Source of the DNA: Camelus dromedarius
Taxonomy: Eukaryota
Direction of reading: 5' to 3'
DNA length: 64,000 bases
Assembly: GCF_036321535.1 (NCBI RefSeq)
Contig: NC_087436.1
Coordinates: forward strand, 94,056,001-94,120,000
Shown here: piece by piece, positions 1 through 14,262 of the stretch
Position numbering within the stretch: the stretch's first letter is position 1
How the letters are laid out: every line of letters starts with the position of its first letter
Made by a program: the position numbers and the translations under genes
The notes under the pieces: model-generated
What the model saw: only the letters and a program-made list of their open reading frames with translations
What the model was told of the DNA's origin: nothing
Database searches by the model: none

Positions 1-170
1 AATGGGCAGCCTCCCTCTGTTTAGTTCCTTCATCTCCAGAACGAGTGTAACCATAGAATCTGCTTCATGGGGTTGTAGTAATAATTAAATAAGACAATGT
101 ACTTGAAATGCTTAGCACAGTGCCTGGTTTATAATAACTTCTCAGGGAATGTTAATTGTTTTATTAATAT
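1..170 (+). mobile_element. MIR SINE (cut by window edge)
   Basis: tgcttagcacagtgcctgg. Confidence 0.65.
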
Positions 171-3100
171 TATTAAGTTACATACCTTGTGAATAAGCCT
201 TCCCTACCCTATATATCAGCCTAACTTGTTTAGACTTTTTTGCAGGAGGGTGACGTGGTCAAACTGTATGTTTTTAAATGGTCACTTTGTCTCCATGAGA
301 GCTAGATTGATTGCAGTAGGCAAGAGTGGATGCGACCAAGTCAGCTGGGAGGCTGCTGTAGCCATCCAGGCAGGAGCTGATGGTTGGCAGTTTATAAGAT
401 GCTTTCAAATGCAGTGTCTCACTTTTATCTTTGTAATAACTCTCACGTGTGGAGTTAGGATGCTGAAGCCAGAAGGTGGCATGTCTGTGGTCAAACGCTG
501 CTGATGACAGAGTGAGAACCAGAACTCTGTTACCAGACTCTTGCCCTGGCAGCTTTAGGCCCGTGTACTAGCACCCCTGGGTGTGGGGAGTTCATTTACC
601 TTTAGAGAGGACTTGTTTTTAAAAACAGAATTCTCATTCCTTGGTTGAAGGCATGGGGTGAGAAAGTTATTTTTAGCCTAGATTTATGAGTGAGAGTTGG
701 GAGAAGCAGAACAGGACATAGAACTTGATGGACATCTTTTTGGAAAAAATACATTGATTAATTTCACATATTTTATTTATACCCTGCCTCATTCCAAAAA
801 TGGATTTGAAACTGCTTTCAAAACTACATAAGGTAGACAAGATAAAGGTGAGAGGGTAAAAAAATCAGGGTGAGCAAATTAAGACGATGCCACAGTTGTC
901 TTAAGGCCAACAAACGTTTGCCCTCAGATCCCACCATTTACTGAAGAAGGACCATGAGTAACATAAGATTCACATGCCTGAAAAAATAAAAGCAAACCAA
1001 GTGTTCTACTCAGAATAGCTTTTTCTTCTACTGGAATCTAGGAAAGTTCCCCCATTTGGTCTTCCTAAAGACTCCGTGATATAATGGTCAATAGCCATAG
1101 CTTTTTCACAGAATAAGGAGTGGGTGAGGGGGTTGGAGTGAATTAATTAACCCAGTTAATGTCTGGAAACCATTTCTTTTCTCTAGGAACTTCCCCACAA
1201 ATCTTATTAATACATGTAGTTAGGTGGCCTTTAGTAAGATAGTTTCCTCCACAGTAATATGAAGGATTTATACTAAGATGGACTTCTCAGATGGGGTGCC
1301 CTGGGGTACCCAATATTGTGTCAGGAGGAGGGTGAAGCCACAGGGAAAAAGTGGCATGTGGGTTTTGCTTGAAGATTTTTATGACAAAACAATAATACAA
1401 TTTTTAGTAAATGGATTGTGTTTGGAATCATTCTGGAAAATCAGATTTTTCTGGAAACAAACAGTTGAGCCTAAGTGTTTTATTTGGGGAAAATTTTCTG
1501 CCACTTGAATAGTTGTGAGAGGCACTTCTTCCCCTCATTAAAATACAGCACAGAAGTATGTAAAACCATAATTTCATTTATATGTTAGTGATTTGCTTTT
1601 AATTAATAGTTAACATGCCCGTTACTATGATTACTTTTCAAAAAGGAAAATTTGCCATTATAAAGCGAAAAATTAAAATTCTGCACAAATTATATGTGCC
1701 AGGAATAGTGCTTTATAAATACTTTCTCTGTTCTCCATACAATCCTGCAAGAAATTAGTTCCACTTTAACAATGGGGAAACTGGGGCTCAGAAAAAGTTG
1801 AATAAATTTGTCTGGATTCACGTAGCTAGCAAATGAATTGTTCAGCAGTCTGCATTTTATTCTGTTGCCTTGACAGGGTAGAATTAGTTTCAGGACACAG
1901 TTTGTAATTTGCACGTTTATTTTTATTTATCAGACACTGTGATGTTGACCATCAGGTATTATCCAGGATACAGCCCTTAGGAAATAGTCCTCACAGACGT
2001 GGGTGAGGATTATACACTTTGAGATGTACAGAGTTTAACAGCTATTACTCTATGATTTATTTGAGGGTGAGGCCTTTTTTTTTTTTTTTAAGTAGGTCAC
2101 TGATAATAAAGATTAAATAAAGCCAGCTCATGGTTTAGTTTTATGGCTTGTGATCCTATGAAGTTTTGGATCCTACTGAATGCCTTACCAGTCTTTGCAA
2201 TATCAAGATAGTTATGGCAGAGTAATTTTGGAGCTGTAACTGACTTCGGAGGCTATTTAATCGGCAGGTTCCAAATTGTGCTCTGTAGACCTGAGAATCC
2301 TCTGGTGCCCCCACACAGCCCCAGTGGACGATGGAGCAGGATGGGTGGAGATGCCTCTCCGTATCACCCCCTACCTCCAGCTCAGCTAGCTCCTTGTTTT
2401 AGCGGTTTGTTTCTGCATCTAGGTAAATTTCTGGTGAAAGAAAGGATGCTACACCTAAAAAAAAAAAAAAAAAAAGAATTAAGACAAAACAAATATTAAA
2501 AACCAGTTTGAAACTATTTGTAATCCAAGTCCTTTATTTTTCTTTAGGGGAGCAAACTTTGGCTCAGACAGGTGAAATGATTTGCCTGAGAACACAGAAC
2601 GAGGCATGGCAGGGCTAAAGGTAAAACCCCAGTCTTCTAGGGGCTCCCAGTCTAGTGTTGCAGCCACCGTTCCATATTGAATCTTGGAAGTTATGTGGAC
2701 CCTCAGGTGGCTTGATGAGGGCTCTCTGTAGTTAGGAGAGAATATTCCTGAAGTTTAGCAGATTGCATTTACAGATATGAAACAAAGGTAAACGTTTTGT
2801 GCTTTGGATATGTTTTAATGTCTCATCCAAAATACCCTTATTTTGAACTAACTTAAGTTTTTCTTAACTTGAATGTTTTCTGTATCACAACTTTTAAGAT
2901 TATCCTAGGACCCCTAATCCTATTTTTTGTAGAACTCTGCATGCAAAGAACATCCTCAGAAGAGTCTTAACTCCACATTTTAGGGCAGAATAACAAGTCA
3001 CTTTTATACCAGCTCTGGTCAGTTGGTAGCGGTTGGCTGAAGTGCTTGTTTCAGTGGTTTTTGACAGCTTCTTTGGATTCAGCAGGAAAGAGTGTGATGG

Positions 3101-3532
3101 TCGATAGTGTCATGTGACATAGGCCCCCAAATCGGGGGCAGGGGGAGGGGGTCCAAGGGCTAGATATTATCATCTCTGTAAAGGGCACCTCTTCTCTTTG
3201 TGAACCTATAAGCATAACATATAAACTACATCTGTATTCCTTCCTAAACATTGTGTTGTTCATCTTGAAGGTGGAGTAGGGGGCTCTAAATACGGCAGAG
3301 GGAAAGATACAACACATGGAAGAAATTGGTCCTTTTTTTTCCCCCCACTGTTCCTGTTTCTTCAAGGATAGGAGGAGGAATAAAGGATCACATCTCTTGG
3401 TTTGTAGAGGACATGATAATTAGAGTAATGGTAGTTCGTTTTTTGAAGAGAATGGCCCCAAATTGGTCATGCATATATGAAAATTATATTGAAATAGAAA
3501 ACATTACTAGCAATTTTTTTTTTACCCCTTAG

Positions 3533-3656
3533 GATTTGCCTCAAAGGACACTCCAGAAATTGAACTGAGAAATCCCAAGGAAGCTGCCAGAGTGTCCCTG
3601 TGTATTCTTACTCTGCATCGTGTAAAGGATCAGACAGATCAAATTAGTGGTTTCTG
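3533..3656 (+). other. RBM47: Probable 5' UTR (non-coding) exon of RBM47
   Basis: T-rich tract + TAG acceptor (AG 3531-3532), strong donor CTG|GTGAGT at 3657, 124 nt, no ATG; resembles my recollection of the human exon preceding the first coding exon. Confidence 0.75.
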
Positions 3657-6599
3657 GTGAGTACACCTGCTGGTGTCCTTTTCTTCTTCACTTAAGGAAA
3701 ATCTTAAATTTTCATTCTTATTAACCAAGATATCTGCTGTATAGACAATGTGTACCTGGTGTATGTTTATGTGGCATTATTAGTGGTACATACAACATAA
3801 GTCATTTTGAACCAACAATGTAAGTCCTTGTGTCTTTGTTCAGTTTACATCTTTGTGCCCCAAGAGGAAAAACTGCTGCTGCTATGTGAGCATCTTAGGA
3901 ATTAAGAGACATATTTGCATATAATAATTGCATATTGCTTATGAATCTATCTCCTCCACCAAAAAAAAAAAAAAAAGGAAAACAGAAAGAAAAGAAAAAA
4001 AGAGGTCAGGTACGTTTCAATCAGAGTTGTTCAAAATTTTGGACGCAAGGAAGGGTCCTTTGTACAAGCTAGAGAAGATATTGGTATGTTCTTGAGCAAT
4101 CTGTGTGCCTTCTCTAATTTCTGTTTCCTCATCTGTCATGTAAGGTAAAAATAGCTGTCATGTCCTACTCTCCAAATCATGGCAATCCAGTGAATTACAA
4201 CATATGTAGATGTACTCTGACAACTAAATGCTTCTCCACAAATAGAGGGTATTATTGGTCTGTGGGTGATAATCTTAGTATGTATGATATGGCAGGGATG
4301 GAGTACATAAAAGAAAGAGGCTACTTGTATCAGCTTCACCCAGAACCTTGGATGGCCAGCCCTCCCAGCTGCAGCCACAGCCCTCACATAGTCCTGAAAG
4401 GTAGAGGCAGCAGATCCCTGGATGTCAGGGAGGAGTTACTGGTGATATTGATTGCCCAGCAACTCCCCACTTCCCTCCCTCCCCACCTTCCCCCACCATT
4501 CTTTCTTTTCATTTCCTCTAGGCTGGGTTCTGGACTTAGCCCACAGAATTCAGGGGCTCAGATTGCCAAAAATGTCTAATTCTATATGTTTTTCTTTGCA
4601 TAAAAGCATATTTATTAAAGGAAATTTGGAAATTAAAGAATACTATAAAATTACTTATAATTCGACGACCCAAAGATAGCTGCAGTTAACTTTATAGTAT
4701 ATTTATTCCTGTTTAGTTTTTTAAAATACTTCATATATATTCTAAAATATTTTTAACAAGGTTAACTTAATTGAGAACATGAAATAAGTATTCTAGCCAA
4801 CAACTATGCTGTAATTTTTTTAGCCATTTCCATTACTGTTGAGCATTATGTTTGTAACATCACGTATAAACATATACTATTGTGTTCATTACATTATGCT
4901 ATAAATTCTACTGTAGAGAACAGACCTGATTTAATTTTACTTGTGTCTCTTATTATTTTCTCAAGGTAAATTTCTATACATGGAGTTAATGAGAATGAAC
5001 TATTTTTAATGACTCCTGCAAAGCTCTTGATGTTGTTAAAATGTCTTCCGGAAATGTATTAAATTATACTTGCCCTCCCATCTACTCCCACCCATTATAT
5101 ATGACAGTGTTCATCTCACTGCACACATACATGTACAGACTGAGTTCTATCACATTGAGAAGATTGAAAATCATAAATACTTCTACAGGAGCTCAGGAAA
5201 TATAAGTCCATTCCCTCCCCTTGGCTCACCCCAGTCCTTACCAATACCAGTAGAAGAGTGTATCTCAGACCTGTTTATGGGGAAAAGCATATACGAGGCT
5301 TGCATTCATTCAGCTGGTATTTTTTACCACCACTTTTGTTCGTTTCTGTAATATGTGCTTCAGGAGAACAAAAGAAGATTCCTTCATTGTCTATGAGAAG
5401 CTTAATTCTGTTGGTGAGTCTAGACAAACAACAAACAAAAACACTCAATATTGGACAGCTCACTTCTCAAAACCTGTTTCTTCTTTAAAGTTAGAGGTGC
5501 AGTTCATCTGTATCTGAAGAGCATCTAAGGTGGTTTTCAGTAAAAATATGTGAGTAGGCAAAGTAGTAAAAACAACCAGGATATCTCAACTCAACTGTGA
5601 GCAATACGATGTGTTGTGTAACTTCCATTGTCTGGCAATGAACGCACATCAGTTCTTTAGCAGAGAAAAGTTCCCCTGCATTAAACACTAGGAAAAATTT
5701 TCAAGTTAATGGTATTTTTTAATGTGAAAGTAAAGTAATAGGAAAATCCTTCAAGATAGCCTCTAAGGTTTCTTTTAGCTCTAATATCTATAACTCATAA
5801 GTAACAGGCTGAGGACTTCCAAAGCCAAGGAATAGTCAGCAGCCTTCACAGAGAGATTCATAGAATTGTGACCGGAATTTTAAAGTGATAATTTCTACAG
5901 ATTAGTTCTAATCTTCATCCTCACCAATTGCCCCCCTAAACACATACAAACTGAAAGTCTGTGTTTGTACTGTTCATGAGTTTTAATCAGATTTTCAAAC
6001 TTTGTAACAGACCAATACGTTCATGACTATTTAGCTGTCCTTCACTGCACCAGACATCTACCAGAACAAAACAAATTGACCCAACTACTGAGCTGCACTG
6101 AGCGGTGTCTGGGAGACTGGGCCAAACTTTGGCAAGAAAGTCTGCCACTGGCCATTGGTGTCTCTCTGAGGTAGACTGTCCCTTGCATTTTAACAAGAGT
6201 AGATACTATGTAAATACTTGCTGGATCTCTCTCTACTCAGATTTTGTGCCACTTTGTAATATTGGTTTGTACTTAAAAGAAAAAAAAGTTACGTATATGT
6301 TGGAACAACTTCCAAAATCTAAAAGCATGAAGGAATTGTAACACCCCAGACTATGTCTAATCCCAATCTTGGGAAAAGGACACATTTTGACTATATTTCA
6401 CACAGTTAAAAAGCCTCAGTTGAAAAGCCAATATATTGATCATTTGTCTCTCTCTGCGATTTGAATCATAAACATGAAGAAAAAAGCCACATAACCTAGA
6501 ACATCATTTTTCTCATTATTTTCCCATTTTCTCTTTAAAATCTGCATTCCTTCCTCCTTTTCACTTCATATATTAGCTCTGCTGGTTTTTCCAGACTCT

Positions 6600-7860
6600 T
6601 TTTTTGTTCACTGTGGTAAAACATGCATAACATAAAATTTACCATTTTAACCCATTTTAGGTATGCAGTTCAGAGACATTAAATACATTTTCATTGTTGT
6701 GCAAATATCACCACCATCTAGCTCCAGAACCTTCTTATCTTCCCAAAATGAAACTTTGTATCTATTAAATAAGTAACTCTCCATCAGCCCCCCTCCTCAG
6801 CTCCTGGCAGCCACCATTCTACTTTCTGGAAGGCAGCTACGCTCACCACTGTACCACCAATGCCCATTCTACTTTCTGTCTCTGTAACTTTGACTATTCC
6901 AGGTATTTCATATAAGTGGAATTATACAATATTTGTCCTTTAGGGTCTGATGTATTTCACTTAGCATAATGTCTTCACAGTTCACCCATGTTGTAGCACG
7001 TGTCAGAATTTCCTTCCTTTTTAAGGCTGAATGTTCTATTTTGTGTATATACCACATTTTGTTTATCCATTCATGCACTGATGAACATACAGGTTATTTC
7101 CACCTCTGGGCTGTGTGTATAATACTGCTATGATCACAGGTGTACAAGTATCTGTTCACATCTCTGTTCTCAGTTCTTGTGGGTATATACCCAGTAGTGG
7201 AATTGGTGGATCATGTGATAATTCTATGTTTAAGTTTTTGAGGAACTGTCATACTGTTTTCCACAGCAGCTGCACCACTTTTTATTCCCACCAGCAATAC
7301 ATGAGGGTTCCAGTTTCTCCACATTCTTGCAAACACTTAACTTCTGTTTTGTTTTGTTTTTTAAATAATAGGTATGAAGTGGTATATCACTGTGGTTTTG
7401 ATTTGCATCTTCCTAATGATTAGTGATGTTGAGCATCTTCTGCTTGTTGGCTATTTGTGTATCATCTTTGGAGAATTGTCTATTTAGCCCTTTGCCCATT
7501 TTTAAATTGATTGGTTTCCTTTGTTGTTGTTGCATTGTAGGAGTTCTTTATATACTCTGGATATTAATTCCTTAATATTTTGAGAGATCATTTTCTCCTA
7601 TTTCATGGGTTGCCTTTCACTCTGCTGATAGGGTCTCCTTGGATTCACAAAAAGTTTTCATTTTGGTGTAGCCCAGTTTATCTGTTTTTTCTTTTGTTGC
7701 TTGTGTTTTTGGTGTCATATCCAAGAAATCAATGCCAAATCCAATGTCATGAAGCTTTTCCTCTATATTTTCTTCTAAGAGTTTTATAGTTTTAGCTCTT
7801 ACACTTAGGTCTTTGATCCATTGTCAGTCAGTTTCTGTATATGGCATACGGTAAGGGTTA
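6600..7860 (-). mobile_element. Old L1 (L1MA/MB-like) 3' fragment
   Basis: Antisense L1 3' UTR/ORF2-end motifs (gggtatatacccagtagtggaattg, ttttgatttgcat...tgattagtgatgttgagcatct). Confidence 0.88.
6827..6863 (-). pseudogene. 5'-half tRNA-Gly(TCC) retropseudogene (tailless)
   Basis: Reverse complement GCATTGGTGGTACAGTGGTGAGCGTAGCTGCCTTCCA matches tRNA-Gly(TCC) up to the anticodon; direct repeats ccattctactttctg at 6814-6828 and 6864-6878. Confidence 0.88.
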
Positions 7861-9624
7861 GGGTTCTTTCTAAAGAGGTACTTTTTAATCCCACCAAGTC
7901 TCAGGGAAGATATGTCAGTTAAGCAACTGGCACACATATTCACGCCAATGCTTATCTTCATCCACTTTCCTTTCTAGCATAGGCTTCGGTGGTTTCCCAA
8001 CAGACAGGTGAGAAAAAGCTGAAGCAACTGGGGAACTAACATCTCAGCTGGCTCAGCTCTCATAACTAGGAAACAGCAGTGAGAGCAGTGAGGCAGTGGC
8101 TGGGATCAGCGAGCATTGTCACGTAAACATGCTTCATGAAATCTTCAACAAAAGAACAGCAAAGGTAGATAGCACTGTAGGCTGGGAAGAAAAAAAGCGA
8201 GCATGTGCATGTGTCTGTATGTGTGTTGTGTCTGTACATATATTTGGCAGCAGAGGGAAAGAGAGAGGTCACTCCACATTGAGTGTGACTATGAATTGGG
8301 CTCCATCAAATATTTATTTATTTATGTTCATACCAAAATAAATTTCTCTCAGCTGTTTCAGAGAAACACAACTAGATTAGCCACAATTACGTGGGCAAAC
8401 TATGTTACCAAAACAGCCTAGTTCTGTGTTATGGTGGACAGAACCTAAAGTTGCTCACAGCGCAAAATGGGAAGGTCTGCCTTGTCTTCACTTGCAGAAT
8501 CTTGAGAAGTAAGAAGAAACTAGCAGGCCACGTAAGCTGCCTCACCTAGTATCACCTGGACCAATGGTCTGCGCTGGACTGGCTGCCCTGACAGGCTTGG
8601 AGGTAGCACCACCGCACCAACATACCATAGTTGCAGGATTCTGCACATGAAGTGGATTCTCAGCATTAGAACCTGGTATTGGCAGTTGGGCATCCAAATC
8701 TCAAATTAGCCTTAAATCTACTAAGACTCTGGCTTCAGGACCTATGAAAAACAAACTGTGACCCACTTCATCCCCTTGGTTTTCATAGGGACTGGTTTAC
8801 AGGGATAAATTATTTGCTTATTTTTGTCATAAAAGGTGATTTGGAGAAAAAAGAAATAAAAAAGCCTCTTAAATTTTCTGATGTCAGGAGGGATAAGCGA
8901 AGCCATACTTTCTAAAAACTACAAGACTGGTATACTATATTTCCCTTGAAGCATTAAAGTCATTTCACGCTTTATTAACTCAAAAAATATCCAGCATTCC
9001 CCTGTGAGACTGGGAATAAATGACTAGCTTAAATCGGGGCGTTTTTACTGGTATGCTAGTTTTTCAATTGAAATATTAACTCCATAACAATGAAAGTACA
9101 GGCTGCATGAGACATGAACAGCAATTATGTCTCCAACAATAGTCCCAGGAGTTTAATATGCCTGAAAAATCATACACTTCCTGACACTTGAACATTTCAT
9201 TCTAGATGCCCTAGGTTCAGTAAAACTCTGGAGATAAATTTTCTGTTCATTTCCATTCTTAAATTTCAGTCTATATTTCATGAGTTTCTTTAATATAGTT
9301 CTGCTTTCTGTGTAACTTTTATGGTCTGTGTAACTTTTATGTAAATTTCCAGCTAACTTTAACTGCCTAGTTAAATTATAGAGACTGGGAAAACTGGTTC
9401 TCCTTCCCTTCTCTCTCTCTTCTTCTCTTCCTTCTTTTAATAAATACCTTTCCTCAGAATAGAGCAACCTTTTTTCCCCACTATCTGCAAATTCTACCTC
9501 AAAAAATTAGAAATTTAGCATTTCAATAATTTGTAATTGACAAACTCTCTTCGTTTCCCTAGTTCAAACCAAATATTACTACATTTTGTTCAAGTGGTAA
9601 ATACCTGGTAAAAAGTAGTTTGTG

Positions 9625-9652
9625 TCTGCGTGTGTATGTGTGTGTGTGTGTG
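9625..9652. repeat. Imperfect (TG)n microsatellite
   Basis: Directly visible. Confidence 0.85.
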
Positions 9653-11009
9653 TTATTTAAACAAGGATTAAAGCAAACAGCTAATCAGACAGTAGCATTG
9701 CCCTATTCCTATATGTTACTCTGGGGTACTTATTAACCAAGGCAATTGCATTTGAAAACCAGAGATATTAAATGAGAATTTAAGATGAGAAAAAGAAAAT
9801 AATAATTAAGAAAAAGAAAAGTTGAAAGAAATGTGAATCAGGAGGAAAGATAGCAGGCGGCAGTGATGGTAGTGATTTTTTTTTCCCACTAAGACCAGAG
9901 GTCCCAGGGCTGCTTCCCCACCTTATCCCCTCTTGCCCCCTGTGTGGCAAGATAGATGAGTGAGTGACACCACTGGATCGAGAAACTTGGAGATTTCTTA
10001 TTTCTATTTTACTATATTCAGTATCAGATTAGTCTGTAATTTCTCTTCCAAGTCTTCAAGACCCACTGCCGCATGGTAGAGAACTGCCCAGGAGCAGAGC
10101 AATACCACGGAGAAAAGGACCCTGTCCCAGAGTGTGAGCTCAAGCACTGTAACACTCAGCCTTTTATAAAACCTGCACATAGGAGAGCGTTTGGAAAGTG
10201 CTCTCTCTTTGTGCTTATTTCCTTGTAGCATAAAATGTCTGCCAAATCCCTGAGGCAATATAATAGAAACTAAGCATATTGGTGCAGGCAAAAAAAAAAA
10301 AAAAAATCATGGAAGTTCTCCAGCTGCCTGACCGGTGCCTGCTTACCAATAAGAATCTAAAGAGACTTCGCTGTCTTCCATCAATAGTTGGTGGGACCTT
10401 TCCCCTTGACACTGCTGGTGCCTGAGCTGTGTATTAGAAATGCCAGCTCCAATACCAAAAGTGACCTAACTGTCCTTTGGTGGGCTCCTTCTGGTGCTGC
10501 AGACAGACTGCTGGACAATGCTTAGTATGACTCTTTGTACGCTGTTCCTAGGTGCCAGTAAACCACAAAAGTTAAATATAACTAGATAAATAGAAATAGA
10601 AAAAAAATGTCCAAAGCAATTTATCCCACCCTGTTTCTTATAAAAGACAGTTCTTACTCATTGGTTCTTTCATTCATTTATCCCTTTACTGAAGCATTTC
10701 TTCATTCAGGGCTATTCACTGGGGATACCAAAATAAAAGTCCCTGCCTTTGAAAAGCTTCAATTATAGCTAATGAGATAAGCATTGTTTTAATTTTTCTA
10801 ATACATTTCAAACAGTATAGAATAAAGTGGAATTAGACTAAAATATCTAAAATCACTTCAAGGAGAAAATGAATTTTAATTTTTCTGTTATTAAGAGACC
10901 TCTCTCAGATGACCCCATTTCTAATACAGTCCAAGTTTTTACAATAAAGAATTAAGCTACCGGGTGTCAGGGTTTAACTTTAGCTATATTTTTGCTAGAA
11001 GGACCTGTT

Positions 11010-11290
11010 TTTTGTTTTTTTTTTTTTTCACTTTTTTCTTTATTGAAGTGTAATTGATTTACAATGTTAGTTTCAGGTGTACAGCAAAGCAGTTCAGTTA
11101 TATATATACATATACATATAATTTCAGATTCTTTTCTATTATAGCTTATTCTAAGACATTGAATATAGCTCCCTGTGCTATACAGTAGGTCCTTCTTGTT
11201 TATCTATTTTACATATAGTAATGTGTATCTGTTAATTCCAAATTTATCCCTCCCCTGCTTCCCCTTTGGTAACTATAGTTTGTTTTCTGT
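11010..11290 (-). mobile_element. Younger 5'-truncated L1 3' end
   Basis: poly-T tail then tattgaagtgtaattgatttacaatgttagtttcaggtgtacagc...ccctgtgctatacagtaggtcc. Confidence 0.85.
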
Positions 11291-13140
11291 GGAAGAATCT
11301 TCTCTTTAAACTATCATTTTCGTTTCTCCCTATATTCTTCATCATCATAATAAAAACCAGACATAACCTGAGGAAGAACAAAGCTAGAAAGCTAATACAG
11401 GGAGAATAACATTTAACTATTTAATGAATAAAAAGAAAATATAATTTTGGGGTTAGTTTAAAGTTGCATGAATGCATATTGTCTTTGCTTCCCACTGGAA
11501 GGTTTATTTCCTTTTATATTTTTTCTCACAGAGAGTCTATTATAGTCATTGTTGTAATCTTTGAAAATGTTTTTAACTTCAGAAATACCTGGCATTCAAC
11601 TTAAAATTTGTAGAAGAAGGTAACCCATGGCTTATTCAATGTTGAGAGTATTTCTGGACAAATGCTCTTTCATTATAACTACTGCTTTGGGATACTTAAT
11701 GAAATACAAGGACATCAACATTAAACAGGATCTGGTTTTTTTCTGTGGTAGCAGATATTGTTTCATAGCCAGAACTGAAATGACTAATGTTAACCAAACA
11801 AAATCAGAAGGTCACACCTAAAACTGAAGCTAATGTTTGACTATGTCATTCCATTTCAGAGTCTTTGTTTCTGAACAGGCAATTTGTCATTTTCTTACAA
11901 AGAGACCTATGGTATTCTTGTATACTACTATTTGACATACCACCAGGAGGTAAATAACAGAACATATCCTGTAAAGCATGTACTGATGTAGACATGGCAT
12001 AGTAATGATAAATCCTACTAGTACCATATAGCTACTACTTGCAAATATAGTTTGAATTTGAGGGAAAAGAAAGGCATTTACCCACCATCGTAAAGACTGT
12101 AAGCTACTACTCTTCATATCTGGATCTCGACTATACTTCGACTGTCCAGACTTTGTTTTGTCTTGAATATAAAGCAGACTCTAGTGCCCAGTAGAAGTTA
12201 AACTAGAGGCTATCACCCCAAAGAGAAGTCTCCTTTATTAGATTAGAATTCCAATTTTATCACTGTCTAATTGTGATTTGGAGCTTAAGCACATGATCAT
12301 CCAGTTTCTCCATCAAGAAAAAAGGCCTGCTACTTTGGCATAGTATTGTAAGTATATATATATATCCATATGTAGGGAAGGTATAAACAGGAAAGACATT
12401 TGTAGAGAGATCAATTTTTCAACAACTTGAATCATACTCTGGATGACACAGGGGACTTCCTATCTAAAGTAACTCTATTATAAATCCCTTTGCAAATTAA
12501 AGAATGTTTTTATAATAAAAATAACCATCCATCAAACTACCAGTTTGTATATTCAAATACTGGCACATAAGATTTTTCTAAGAATATTATTCTCAGGTAA
12601 CTTTCTTAAACTTGGGGTGGTAACTTCAATACATCATAGTTGACAAACAATGTTTACTACTACATTCAGTGGGTAGACACAAAGCATTAGTGTAGGTATA
12701 CTAAGTAGTAATAAAAAGAATACAATACTTACAGAATTGAACAAATATCAAGTGTTACTTTTTGCATAATCATTAGCTTTAAAAATGCATCATTATAACC
12801 ACACATTTCACATATACAGTGTCTTATGTAAATATGAAAGGTGATAGCTATAGAAGTTCCCTTCCGGTTTGTCCACAAAAATCTAGGAGTAAATTCCCTC
12901 CGATTGTTTAGCTTTAACAATTATTTTATCAGCAGAAAATCAATTTCAAGCAGAAAATTCTGTTATCAAGCAGGACACGTATTCCTCGCAGTGACGCATT
13001 GAGACAGTGATTAGCACCACCACTGGTCTCTTTCTGCAAATGAGGATGATGAGGAAGAAGTCTTTAAATAACTTACCCAACATCATACAACTATACAGTT
13101 AAAGAGCTGGGGCTCAAACCTAGGAACTCTGACCCTAGAG

Positions 13141-13350
13141 CAGGGGTCTTTTGCTATAAAGGGTCAGACAGTAAATATTTTAGGTTTTGTAGACCGTACT
13201 GTCCCTGCTGCAGCATTTTCAGCCCTGCCACTGTCGCATGAACGCCATGGACAGCAGGTAAACAAACAGGCATGGCTGTGTTCCAACACAACGTTATAAG
13301 AACAGCCACAGGGTTCCATTTGTCCTTCTGGCTGGAGTTTGAGGGCCCAC
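13141..13350 (+). mobile_element. MER58A-like hAT-Charlie MITE
   Basis: caggggtc...gtaaatattttagg...gcatggctgtgttcca. Confidence 0.7.
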
Positions 13351-14119
13351 GTTTTAAATTTCATCTCACTGAGATGTCATGAAAAATCAAATCCTTAAGG
13401 TGACTTATACACATAATAGGTGCTCAGAAACGGCACCTATAATTAACTCAAGAGTTTTTAAACCATACATTACAGAAACTATTTGTGAGAGATTATTTCT
13501 CGTCCATCTCCTTCCCTTCATGGAGGATTGCATTTAAGTCATCTCTTCTCTTTTAGTGCTGCTCTCTTCTTAGCATATAAGTACACTCTGCAGCCACTTT
13601 TCCCAAAATACTAAACATGCTGTGGAGCACTGTCCTCCTCTGAAATCATGTCACTGTGCTAAGTGATGGCAGTCAGCAGTGTCTGGCTCATAAAGATGCT
13701 CAATAAAATGGATTTTGATTTTCATGATTTCAGTTCATTCATTCCATTACAACATCATTGGGTAAGTACTACATTTGCAATGATGCACTATATGATCTTG
13801 TAGTTTTAAGTGTAGGAGGATAAGAAGAGCTTCACTCCTCCAGAATTTTCATCTGTCTCTAAATATAATTAAACCAGACATGTGCAGATTTTCAGTCCTT
13901 GTCCACCTGTTATAGCTGGGTCACTCCTTGGGTTCTGTTTTGACTCATGGTCAATTGCTGCTTGTGTATTTTACTAAGCTACTGTCATAGCTTTGGCACT
14001 CAATGAAATGTTTGTTCAAAGAACATATATGACCTCCTAGGGCGAAATAATCTTATGTGGCTGCCCATCTTTGCTCATGGTGTTAGCTCTGCTCTCTCTC
14101 CTCTCCCTCCTTCTCTGTC

Positions 14120-14262
14120 ACCCTTGCCAGACTAGGAGCCCCAAGGACTATGCAGTAGTCACCAATGTATTGCCAAGCACCTAGCAAGGCCTGGCATACA
14201 GCAGTGTTCAGTTAGTGCAATCAGCAAGTGTTTGAATGAATGAGTGAATAAATGAACGAATG
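14120..14262 (+). mobile_element. L2 3' end
   Basis: cctggcatacagcagtgttcagt followed by tgaatgaatgagtgaataaatgaa tail. Confidence 0.7.

Noticed and set aside
4160..4579. 139-aa intronic ORF
   Set aside because: No domain, coding bias or splice support; length compatible with chance
7115..7789. Short ORFs in 7.1-7.8 kb and 44.1-45.1 kb
   Set aside because: Antisense translations of decayed L1 sequence
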